This document shows, one piece after another, positions 43,378-64,000 of a DNA stretch of 64,000 bases (positions are counted from its first letter, which is position 1; every line of letters begins with the position of its first letter). The notes under the pieces were generated by a model. That model saw only the letters and a program-made list of their open reading frames with translations. It was not told the DNA's origin and did not search any database. The position numbers were made by a program, and so were the translations under genes. Source of the stretch: the human T2T-CHM13v2.0 reference genome, Homo sapiens. The stretch lies in the NCBI RefSeq assembly GCF_009914755.1, contig NC_060936.1; one strand, written 5' to 3'.

Positions 43378-43440
43378 TTCACCTGGACTTCTGTGTCATC
43401 CTGTCTCCCTCTGCTTTGTAAACAGATCCAAATTCTAGTT

Positions 43441-43650
43441 TTTACCTTAATCCTACCCTAACCCTAACCCCATGTCAACACCTACCCTAACTTTAACCTT
43501 TATCCTAACCCTTATCTATATCCTAATCCTAATCTTACCTGTCCCCTCGTCCTAAGCTTTGCCATAAACTTAACCCTTATCCCTAACCTTTTTCTTAACT
43601 GTAACCCTTATCTGTCCCTAACACTTAACCCTAATCCTTCCCTAATCCTC
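43441..43650. repeat. Degenerate (CCCTAA)n telomere-like array, ~35 hexamer units
   Basis: About seven exact CCCTAA plus variants (CCTTAA, TCCTAA, CCTTAT) with 6-nt periodicity. Confidence 0.85.
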
Positions 43651-44307
43651 CATTTCTCCTCTGTAGCCACACATTTATTTGTTTACTTATTCATTTATTT
43701 TTCACCCATATTTATTGAGCATCTGCTCTGTCAGTGAGGGTTCCACCAGGAAAGAGAAGGCACAATTTAACTACGTAATTGAGGCGAATTTGATAAAAGG
43801 ACGGTTTACCATGAGGTGGGTGAGGTCAAAGGAACTGAAGAGTATACTGAGGCACTGAGCTGGGGGCTAGCCTGGTGAGGAGCAGTTACCACCCGTGGGG
43901 TGAAGGGAGTGTTGGGGGAACCCAGTGACAGGCAGTGCTCTAGAGGAGGGGCTGCTGGCAGGCACTGTTGTCAGGGAGGTGTATTGTCGCAGTTTTTGCC
44001 ATAAAACAGCCCAGATCGGGAAGGGGGCGAGAAGGGAGTACCTGGACCTCCTCCTCCTCTTGCCTTCCTGGCCTCTGTGAGTACTAGTTGCTGGACCTGC
44101 CCCCTATAGGCTGGACCTGCCTGGAACCAGAGTGCAGAAGTCCGTGGGGGTCAGCTCCTGGCCCAGGACATAGGCAGGGTGGAGGATGGCTCCGAGTGGG
44201 GAGCGGACAGGAATGAGGGTAACCAGCATGTATACTGTGTGTCAGGCACTGTTCTGGGCCCAGAGTAACAGCAAGTGAACAAGGCACACAAAAATTCCCA
44301 CCCTCTA

Positions 44308-47698
<3,391 letters not shown>

Positions 47699-48524
47699 TC
47701 AGAAATTACTGGAGACAAACCTTTTTGATTTCACTCCCTATTATACCTGGCTTCTGTAAAGCAGACCTCACTCACTCTATTCACTGTAACTCATTCTCAC
47801 TGAGGCTCAGAGAGGGCAAGTGGCTTGCTCAAGGACACACAGCATCTTTGTCAATGCAGAGCTGGGGCTGGAGCTCAGACTGCTTGCTTCCTCATCGTGT
47901 GCTTGTTTTACTTTGTCATCATCTGTGAAACTGTCTGCAATTGCCACCTCTCTCTGGGGACACACCTGAGTCCTCACAGTCTCTGGAAGAAAGTGCAGTG
48001 GGATTCTTTAATCTCTCCGGCTGCATTTCATCTTTCCCAAGTGTTAATGGAAAAAAAAAAAACAAAAAAAAAAACACCTGGGTTATCTCCCTGGCATTTT
48101 GCCATCTCAGAGAGATGTTTTTAAAAATGATGATTTCTTTATCTTTCCCCGAATACAAATTTTCATTCTAGCAACCTCTGCTAAAGGCAGCTTGGCCAGA
48201 CCTGACCCAGCCATCTCTCCTTGCTCTGGCCCCACAGCCCAGCCTTCCTATTTATCAGGGGTGACATCATATATCCAGGCTCCCAGGCTGTCCAACCTTG
48301 GATTGACACATTTTTGAATTTTTTCTTTTTTATTCCCGCTATCCAAGTAGTTATGAACTCCTTTGGTGAATGCACTGATTTTTGCCATCTAGTGGTTAAA
48401 AAAAAAAAAAAAGAAAAAAGGGAGTCGGGAGACATGGGCATCAGACAGTCCTGGGTTCTGCTCCTGACTCTGCCAGTTTTTGTGTATGAGCTCTGGGCAA
48501 GTTTGGTAATGTCATCAAAACCTC

Positions 48525-48935
48525 AGTTCCAAGACCCCTTTCAATGGAGCACTTGCTGCCCCAACTGCTGGGGGTGCTGACAGCAGATGGCTCTCAGCTG
48601 TTAACCCCTTTAGCAATCCCTTCAGCTGCAGAGCCACCTCGTTCAAGGTTATTCCACTTCCTGGGACAGTTCACAGCCCAAGATAGATCAAGATGGGGCA
48701 TAAAGGCTTGTCCATCTGGACCCAACTGGAGACATCACCAATTTAGCTCCAGGACTCTCGGTAGGGTAGGCTAGGATGTGGTCGGCCCTGCATCACAGCT
48801 CAACTTCCCCCTATGCCCATTCCTGCTTCCTTCCTCAATCTTCCCCAGGGATTGATTCCAAGGGACCTCCTTAATATGTCAACTGGATGCTAAACTTGAT
48901 CTCAAAGACAGCTTGCTGGGGAATGTCACTTGGGA
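48525..48935 (+). mobile_element. LTR16-family (ERVL) LTR remnant
   Basis: 'cccttcagctgcagagcc', 'gctcaacttcccctatgcccattcctgcttcc' resemble recalled LTR16. Confidence 0.55.
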
Positions 48936-49546
48936 TAGTGGGTGGTAACCACACCTACACCACTGCCTTGTTTCGGGGATCAATGAGGCAGTCGTGGTAG
49001 CTGGCACATAGTAAGTGTTCAGATAGTGTCATTAATTATTAGCATATTTATTCACTAAGTGCCAGGCATTGTTCAGGGCACATGAGACACAAGTGGGCAT
49101 TATCAGCTCCGGTTCACAGTTGAGAAGCCAAGACTTGCCAAAGGTCACACGGTTCATTCATGGTCCAGCTGAATCTCAGCTTGGGGGCAATCAGCTCCTA
49201 AAGAGACTGGGCTTTTCAGAGGAGCCTACCTGGCTGGCACCAGTCCCAACCCTGGACTGCTTGTCTGTGTGGTCTCTGGCACATCAGGACTCTCTCTGAG
49301 CGCCAAGTTCCACAACTGTAAAATGGGATGAAACAGAGCCCGACTTTGAGAATTGTTGTGGGGATTTGATGAGTGAATCCTTGTAAATAAAGTGCTTAGT
49401 GTGGTGCCTGCCATACAGTATATGCTCAATGAATGACAGTTATCACTATCACCATTTATGATAATTACTCATTATTATTATTCGGCATACTCTCTGAGCC
49501 CCAGGAGCTTGTATGATAGCTAGAGGGCTAAACCATACATAGTAAA

Positions 49547-50023
49547 TTTTTTTTTTTCGAGTCTGGGTCTCACTCTGTCACCGCTGGAGTGCAGTGGTGA
49601 GGTCTTGGCTTACTGCAACTTCCGCCTCTTGGGCTCAAGCAATGCTCCCACCTCAGCCTCCCGAGTAGCTGGGACTATAGGCATGCACCACTAAACCCAG
49701 CTAATTTTTGCATTTTTTGTACAGAAAGAGTTTTGCCACATTTGCCAGGCTGGTCTTGAACTCCTGGGCTCAAGAGATCTTCCCGCCTTGGCCTTCTGAA
49801 GTGCTGTGATTACAGGCATGCGCCACTGTGTCTGTTCCATACATAGTTTTTTTTTTTTTTTTTTTTTTTTTTGAGACAGTCTCACTCTGTTGCCCACGCT
49901 GGAGTGCAGTGGTGTGATCTCGGGTCACTGCAACCTCTGCCTCCTGGGTTCAAGCAATTCTCATGCCACAGCCTCCCGAGTACTTAGGATTATAGGCACG
50001 TGCCACCATGCCTGGCTAAGTTT

Positions 50024-50054
<31 letters not shown>

Positions 50055-50273
50055 GTATATAAATATATGTATATATGTATATATAAATATATGTATATAT
50101 ACATATAATTATATACATATACATATAAATAAATATATATATATATATTTATTTTAGTAGAGATGGGGTGTCACCATGTTGGCCAGGCTAGTCTCGAACT
50201 CCTGACCTGAAGTGATCCACCAGCCTGGGCCTCCCAAAGTGCTGGGATTACAGGCGTGAACTGCCATGCCCAA
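49547..50273 (-). mobile_element. Two Alus (49547-49837, 49847-50273), second with (TG)/(TA) expansion in its linker (50024-50148)
   Basis: Consensus matches; ccatacatagt duplicated around the first. Confidence 0.9.
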
Positions 50274-50726
50274 CCCCGTTAATTCCTTGTGAATTGCCTG
50301 CTCACCATGTGCCAGGCACTGTGCTAGGTGCTGCAACTTCGGCTGTGAACAAGATGGACACGATCTCTACCTTGTTGAAGTTTATAACCTGGTGGGGAAA
50401 CAGATGAAAAAATAAATAAAGACACAAATAAGTATATAATTGCATCTTGTGAAGGAAAAATGGCAGCATGGGTGGATGGTGGGAAAGGTGGTTGGAGGCA
50501 TCCATTTTAGGAGGTCAGGCAGGGTCTCTCTGAAGAGGGGACACTTAAAAAGAAACCTGAAGCATGAGAAGGAAGCAGCCAACTAAGGAATGGGGAGAAG
50601 AGCTTTCCTGGCAGAGAAAACAGCACAGGCAACAGTCCTGGATAGGAAGGAGTCATGCCTATTCTAGGAGTTAAAGGTATGACTGCAGGAGGTGAGGGAG
50701 GAGGCTAGCCGCCTGGGAAAAGGCTG

Positions 50727-51651
50727 TGTCAGAGGCGTTGGAACCAGAGAGACTCCATCTTGAATAGGGGCTGGGTAAAATGAGGCTGAGACCTGCTGGG
50801 CTGCATTCCCTGGAGGTTAGGCATTCTTAGTGACAGGATGAGATAGGTGGTTGGCACAAGATGCAGGTCACAAAGACCTTGTTGATAGAACAGTTTTCCA
50901 TAAAGAAGTCAGCTAAAACCCACCAAAACCAAGAAGGCGATGAAAGTGACCTCGGATTGTCCTCGCTGCTCATTACACGCTAATTAGAATACATTAGCAT
51001 GCGAAGAGACACTCCCACGAGCGTCATGACAGTTCACAAATGCCATGGCAACGTCAGGAAGTTACCCTATATGGTCTAAAAGGGGAAGGAACCCACCGAT
51101 CCAGGAATTGCCCACCCTGTTCCCAGAAAACTCATGAATAATACACCTCTTGTTTAGCATGTAATCACGAAATAACTATAAGTATACCCAGCTGAGCAGT
51201 CCATGCTGCTGCTCTGCCCATGGAATAGCCATTCTTTATTCCTTCACTTCCTTTTTTTTTTGAGACAGAGTCTCTCTCTGTCGCCCAGGCTGGGGTGCAG
51301 TGGCGCCATCTCAGCTCACTGCAAGCTCCGCCTCCTGGGTTCACGCCATTCTCCTGCCTCAGCCTCCTGAGTAGCTGGGACTAACGCCCGCCACCGTGCC
51401 CAGCAAGTTTTTTGTATTTTTAGTAGAGACGGGGTTTCACTGTGGTCTTGATCTCCTGACCTCGTGATCCTCCCACCTCGGCCTCCCAAAGTGCTGGGAT
51501 TACAGGCGTGAGCCACCGCGCCCGGCCTATTCCTTCACTTTCTTAATAAACTTACTTTCACTTTACTCTATGGACTCACCCCGAATTCTTTCTTGCGTGA
51601 GATCCAAGAACCCTCTCTTGGGGCCTGGATTGGGACCGCTTTCTGATAACA
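50727..51651 (+). mobile_element. Solo MER41B LTR (ERV1) with nested AluY
   Basis: TGTCAGAGGCGTTGGAACCAGAG ... TGATAACA; TSD GCTG at 50723-50726 and 51652-51655; ~635 bp after removing the Alu; AATAAA at ~51545. Confidence 0.9.
51252..51527 (-). mobile_element. AluY with 12-bp left-arm deletion (AluYd-like)
   Basis: TSD TATTCCTTCACTT 51237-51249 and 51528-51540; GAGATCAAGACCA^CAGTGAAACC lacks TCCTGGCTAACA. Confidence 0.85.
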
Positions 51652-52105
51652 GCTGGAGAAGTAGAAAGAAGCCCCATCATGCGAGGGGTACAGGGGTGGC
51701 GGCTCTTAGGCCTCAGCATGAGGGCTTTGATTGTACTTTAGGTAGAACGGGAAGCCGCTAAAAGCCTTTAAACAGGTAAAAGTCACAATACAATTTTCTT
51801 AAAAAAAAAAAAAAAAGAAAGGAAAAAACTCTGGCAAATGAATGAGGTTATTATTAGCAGTATTAACATCCACACTGAAAATAACAGACGCTGGTCTCTG
51901 TTGTGCAAAACGTCTGTCATTTCTCTCATTTACCCTGAAAACTGAACTTTTTTTCCAGGTTGTCTCACATCTATAAGACCTTCTGCTCGGAAGGAATCCC
52001 ATTCTTCCCAATCTTTTTGGAATATTTGGAGCTGCTGTTACAAGTATTCTTGATCTACAGCCACAACATCTGAAGGATTTAATTACTGTAATTTAAGGGG
52101 AATGA

Positions 52106-52589
<484 letters not shown>

Positions 52590-52710
52590 TGAAATTTTTG
52601 CATATTTCAAGTGAGAAATTGACGCAGGAGCAAACTTACTGCACAAAGACCGACCTCTTCCGTGGGCCGTTCCCAGCCTCCAGTATCCTCCACCCACTCT
52701 AGTGTCTCAT

Positions 52711-52769
52711 AATCTCTCTTCCTCCCTCCCAATCTCTCTTCCTCCCTCCCAATCTCTCTTCCTCCCTCC
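52711..52769 (+). repeat. Minisatellite, 3 x 20 bp AATCTCTCTTCCTCCCTCCC
   Basis: Direct reading. Confidence 0.95.
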
Positions 52770-52885
52770 TGCTGCCCCGCAGAGAATGGTCGGCTCCCAG
52801 CTGGAGCAAGTTCATCCAGTTGAGAGGATGATGTTTGCATAATTTGAATAATAATTTTGCATAATAGAGGCTCTCTTTGAAATGA

Positions 52886-56992
<4,107 letters not shown>

Positions 56993-57184
56993 TATTTGAC
57001 CTATTTTGGTTTGGCTGTCCCTCCCAGGTGCAATCAGTCGTGGCCAGGAGGGGTCATGTCCCTGCTGCTCACTCAGCTCGGGACAGGATAGTCCCTCTGA
57101 GAGCTGAGCATGTGCCCTTGGAAAGCAGTCAATGATCTGTGGGTCTAATCGCAATCACTTACTCCTCTGTGATGGGGAAGTGTG

Positions 57185-58347
57185 TGCTTGTCTTCCATGG
57201 CTGCTGTAATGAATGACCACAAACTCGGGCTTAAAAACCACAGATTCATTATCTGACAGTTCTGAAAGTCAGAACTGCAATGGGCTAAAGGCAATAGGCA
57301 AAAATCAAGGTGTCAAAAAGCTGCATTGCTTTTTGGAGTCTTTTTTTTTTTTTTTTTTTTTTTTTGAGACAGAGTCTCGCTCTGTTGCCTAGGCTGGAGT
57401 ACAGTGGTGTGATCTCAGTTCACTGCAACCTCTGCCTCCCAGGTTCAAGGGATTCTCCTGCCTCAGCTGTAATCCCAGGTAGCTGGGATTACAGGTGTGT
57501 GCCACCATGCCTGGCTAATTTTGTATTTTTTAGTAGAGACAGGGTTTCACCATGTTGGTCAGGCTGGTCTCAAACCTGACCTCAGGTGATCCACCCACCT
57601 TGTCCTCCCAAAGTGCTAGGATTACAGGCACGAGCCACTGCGCCCGGCCCACTTTTTGGAGGCTTTAGGGGGAGAATCTGTTTCCTTGCCTTCTTCAGCT
57701 TCTTAGAGCAGTGGTCCCCAACCTTTTTGGCACCAGGGACTGGTTTCATGGAAGACAGTTTTTCCGCGGGATGGTGATGGTGTAGGGGATGGTTTCAGGA
57801 TGATTCAAGTATATCACATTTATTGTGCACTTTATTTCTATTATTATTACATTGTAATGTATAATGAAATAATTATACAACTCACCATAATGTAGAATCA
57901 GTGGGAGCCCTGAGCTTGTTTTTCTGCAAGTAGATGGTCCCATCTGGGAGTGATGGGAGACAGTGACAGATCATCAGGCATTTGATTTTCATAAGGAGTG
58001 CACAAGCTAGATCCCTTGCATGAGCAGTTCACGATAGGGTTCGTGCTCCTATGAGAATCTAATGCCGCAGCTGATCTGACAGGAGGCGGAGCTCAGGTGG
58101 TAATGTGAGAGATGGGGAGTGGCTATAAATACAGATGAAGCTTTGCTCACTTGCCTGCTGCTTGCCTCCTGCTGTGTGGCCTGGTTCCTAAGAGGCCACA
58201 GACAGTACCAACCGGTGGCCTGGGGGTTGGGGACCCCTGTCTTAGAGGATGCCTGCATTCTTTGGCTCATGGCCCCTTCAACCTTCAAAGCCAGTAACAG
58301 CTGGTTTAGTCTTTCTCATGTTGCATTCCTTTGACTCTGCCTCCCTC

Positions 58348-58413
<66 letters not shown>

Positions 58414-59075
58414 TTTGAGACACAGTCTCACTCTGTTGCCCAGGCTGGAGTGCAGTGGCATGATCATGGTTCACTGCAGCCTCGACCTCCTGGGCTCAAG
58501 TGATCTTCCCATCTCAGCCTCCCAAGTGCTCTTCAATCTTTAAAGGACCCTTGTGATTACATTGAGTCCACCCAGATAATCCAGGATAATTTCTTTATTT
58601 TAAGGTTAGCAAACTTAATTCTGTTTAATTTTTAAAAAGTTCTTTTGTTTCACTCTGTCGCCCAGGCTGGAGTGCAGTGGTACAATCATGGCTCACGGCA
58701 GCCTCCATTTCCTTTGCTCAAGCGATGCTCTTGCCTCAGCCGCCCAAGTAGCTGGGACTACAGGTGTGCAAAATCAAGCCTGGCTAATTTTTTTGTTTGT
58801 TTGTTGTTGTTGTTCTTGTTGTTGTTTTGTAGAGACGGGGTTTCTCTGTGTTGCCCAGGCTGGTCTCAAACTCCTGGGCTCAAGTGATCCTCCCACCTTG
58901 GCCTCCCAAAGTGCTGAGATTACAGGTATAAGTCACTGCATCCAGCCAACAAACTTAATTCTATCTGCAACCATAATTACCCTTTGCACCATGTAAAGTA
59001 ACATATTCACAGGTTCCAAGGATTAGGATGTGGATATCTTGTGGGGGGTGGGGGGGGTGTTATTCTGTCTACCAC
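57185..59075 (-). mobile_element. MLT1 (C/D-like) LTR fragmented by Alus (57341-57649, 58415-58527, 58645-58947), MER1A and a (TA)n(TG)n tract
   Basis: 'ggctgctgtaatgaatgaccacaaact', 'ggagaatctgtttccttgcc', 'gtaacatattcacaggttcc', 'tattctgtctaccaca'. Confidence 0.82.
57709..58239 (+). mobile_element. MER1A (hAT-Charlie), complete, 531 bp
   Basis: TIRs CAGTGGTCCCCAACC / GGTTGGGGACCCCTG; perfect 8-bp TSD TCTTAGAG at 57701-57708 and 58240-58247. Confidence 0.92.
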
Positions 59076-59591
59076 AAGGCAGTTTCTGAACTTTGCTAGT
59101 CATCCATAATATATGGGTAACCCTGACTTCTTCATGGGTTGTTAACGGGTTCAGATGAGAGAACCTATGCAATACACCTGGCGCAGTCCGTGGCACACAG
59201 CAGGCATTCCTGTTAGTCCCTTTCCCTTCTCCTCCTTGGGCTATTGGCTTCAGTGTGGCTGAGCGTGTTTCTTCAGCTGTTAAATGACGTAGATATATCA
59301 GTCCCGCCTACCTCAAAGTGCTGTTCCTTTCTTCCTTCATTCACTTTCTCATTCACTCATGCAACAAATATGTATTGAGGGCCTACGATGCGTGAGACGC
59401 TTGTGCTAGGTGCCGGAGCAGAGCCGCAGATAAGGGAGACATGAGGTTTATTTTCAGGTGAGGAAGGAAATAGTGAGAAAACAGATAAACAATCCTAATT
59501 TGGTATAGTAATAAGTACAAGAAGACAAAGTAGGGTAAGAGAACACAGAAGGGTGGAGATGGTGGAGGGTGGGCAGTGGGATGCTATTTTA

Positions 59592-61382
<1,791 letters not shown>

Positions 61383-61445
61383 CTATGAGCTGGGATTCGA
61401 ACTCAGTTTTATTTGGAGTCAGTATAGTCTATTGATTCTACTTTT

Positions 61446-61837
61446 ATTTAGTTAATTAATTAATTAATTAATTTTATTATACTTTAAGTTCTGGGGTACA
61501 TGTGTAGAACGTGCAGTTTTGTTACATAGGTATACACAAGCCATGGTGGTTTGCTGCACACATCAATCCGTCATCTACATTAGGTTTTTCTCCTAATGGT
61601 ATCCCTCCCCTAGACCCCACCCCCGACAGGCCCCAGTGTATGATGTTCCCCTCCCTGTGTCCGTGTGTTCTCATTGTTCAGCTCCCACTTATGAGTGAGA
61701 ACATGCGATGTTTGGTTTTCTGTTCTTGTGTTAGTTTCCTGAGAATGATGATTTCCAGCTTCATCCATGTCTCTGCAAAGGACATGAACTCATGCTTTTT
61801 AATGGCCGCATAGTATTCCATGGTGTCTACGTGTCAC
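61446..61837 (-). mobile_element. 5'-truncated L1PA7/8-like 3' end
   Basis: TSD TGATTCTACTTTT at 61433-61445 and 61838-61850, followed by AA (TTTT/AA endonuclease site). Confidence 0.9.
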
Positions 61838-61899
61838 TGATTCTACTTTTAAAATATACTTAGTACCTCCCTTCTCTTCCCCATGCCTGCTGGGGAGCC

Positions 61900-62580
61900 C
61901 GCTGCTCCCACCTGGTCCATGCACCATCACCTTTTACCTGGACTATTGCAATAGCCTCTTCCTGGGTCTCCCTGATTATGTCCTCCCCACTCCCTTCCAC
62001 CTTATAGTCTGTTCTCAAACCAGCAGCCTGAGGAATGCTACTCAAAGTTCTCCTGTGACTCCCCTACGGTAAAAGCCAAAAGTCTTACTCTGGTTATAAG
62101 CCCCAGATGTTCTCTCTCTGTCCTGCAATTCATCTCCTTGCTCACTGTAGTTGAGTTATACAGGCCCCCTGACTCTTCCTTAAGCAGACCAGACACGCTC
62201 TTACCACAGGGTCTTTGCACTGGCTGTTGTTCCCCCTGCCTGGAATACTCTTCCTCAAATATCCACATAGGCTTGTTTCCTTTTAAAGTCTCTACCCAGG
62301 AGCCATCTCATTGACCCTTCTCTGACAGCCCTGTTGACACTTGCAATTATTTCCTAGTACCCTAATTGCTCCTTCTTTCCTTCTTTTTCTCTCTAGCACC
62401 TCTCATTATCTAACATACTCTTTGACTTACTTATTTTGTGTGTGGTTCACGCTTATCCATGAGAACATCAGCTCCATGGCAAGGCATTTTGTCTGTCTTA
62501 CTCTCTGCTGCATTCCCAGCACCAAGAATAGCGCCTGGCACCTAGTAGGCGCTCAATAAATATTTGTTGAATGAATGACT
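61900..62580 (+). mobile_element. L2 3' fragment
   Basis: 'cctggactattgcaatagcctc', 'gcctggcacctagtaggcgctcaataaatatttgttgaatgaatga'. Confidence 0.8.
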
Positions 62581-63188
62581 CTGAAGCCATCATTCTGTCC
62601 ACCACACAAACTGCCACCTTCCTACACCGACTTCTTGTCTATAAGAATTCCACATCCTTGCCAACACTTGCTATGGTCATGTTTCCATTTTCTCTAACTT
62701 ATGGCTGTAAAATGGTATCTGATTGTGGTTTTAACATGCATTTCTTGAGATGCCTGGGCACTCAGGTACTGACATGTCTGAGGGACAGAGAGTGGGTCTT
62801 TGTCTCCCTCTGGCTGGAAGTCCAGAGCTCCAAAATAGACCATCTCCCAGCATTTTTTGAGAAAATGGGAAATGAGTCTTTGTTTTGGGTTATAATAAGA
62901 TAAGCAACTCATGTACAACAAAAGTTAGCATCTGCTCTGCACACAAGGTTTAATATTTAGAGATAATTTAAAACCAAGGAAAAGGCAGAGTTATTAATAA
63001 ACACTTGGGGGGAGGTGTGAAGAGAGAGTATGAAAATCTCCATTTGAAAAAGCTACTGTAGTTAGCATCCAAAATAAGACCTTACTTAGCATTCGGTTCT
63101 GCTCATTTGCAAATTAAGAGATGTATTGTTTTAAAAATAATTAAGTCTAATTTTGCATGTTTGGGAGATGGCTCTCCACTGGCTTTAA

Positions 63189-64000
<812 letters not shown>

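Noticed and set aside
43730-44220. Segment sharing motifs with 25125-25270/26075-26385 and 55850-56240
   Set aside because: Probably copies of one ancient LTR family rather than a local duplication; I could not name the family reliably.
59180-59200. RE1 half-site-like GGCGCAGTCCGTGG
   Set aside because: Other half absent and it lies in a MIR-like remnant.

Overview
Human (primate) genomic DNA, recognisable as the 3' end of PTPN11 (SHP2; chr12q24.13, from recall) on the + strand followed by about 45 kb of intergenic sequence towards RPH3A, which is not reached. The only supportable coding sequence is PTPN11 exon 14 (11046-11158) and exon 15 (13597-13666, ending ...[15 protein letters not shown]), followed by a non-coding last exon of about 4.1 kb (14727 to ~18820). 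Neither coding exon appears in the supplied ORF track, whose ORFs are nearly all repeat-derived. The rest is dominated by repeats: about 65-70 Alu copies or fragments, old L1M/L2/MIR, MaLR LTRs, a solo LTR12C, a solo MER41B, a decayed near-full-length Hsmar2 mariner and MER1A/MER47A/MER58 elements. I see no evidence of a new multi-gene biological system. The most interesting unexplained structures are: (1) an apparent L1PA2-like 3' transduction carrying ~590 bp of foreign DNA between 16-bp TSDs (38736-39577); (2) a candidate in-frame 33-nt cryptic exon in PTPN11 intron 13; (3) an LTR12C promoter pointing back at the PTPN11 3' end; (4) a MER41B retaining one STAT GAS motif; (5) several template-switch/hairpin repair scars; (6) a degenerate interstitial telomeric repeat; (7) a very recent 87-bp Alu-tail/CA duplication. 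Repeat subfamily names come from recalled consensus sequences, and repeat boundaries without TSDs are approximate.
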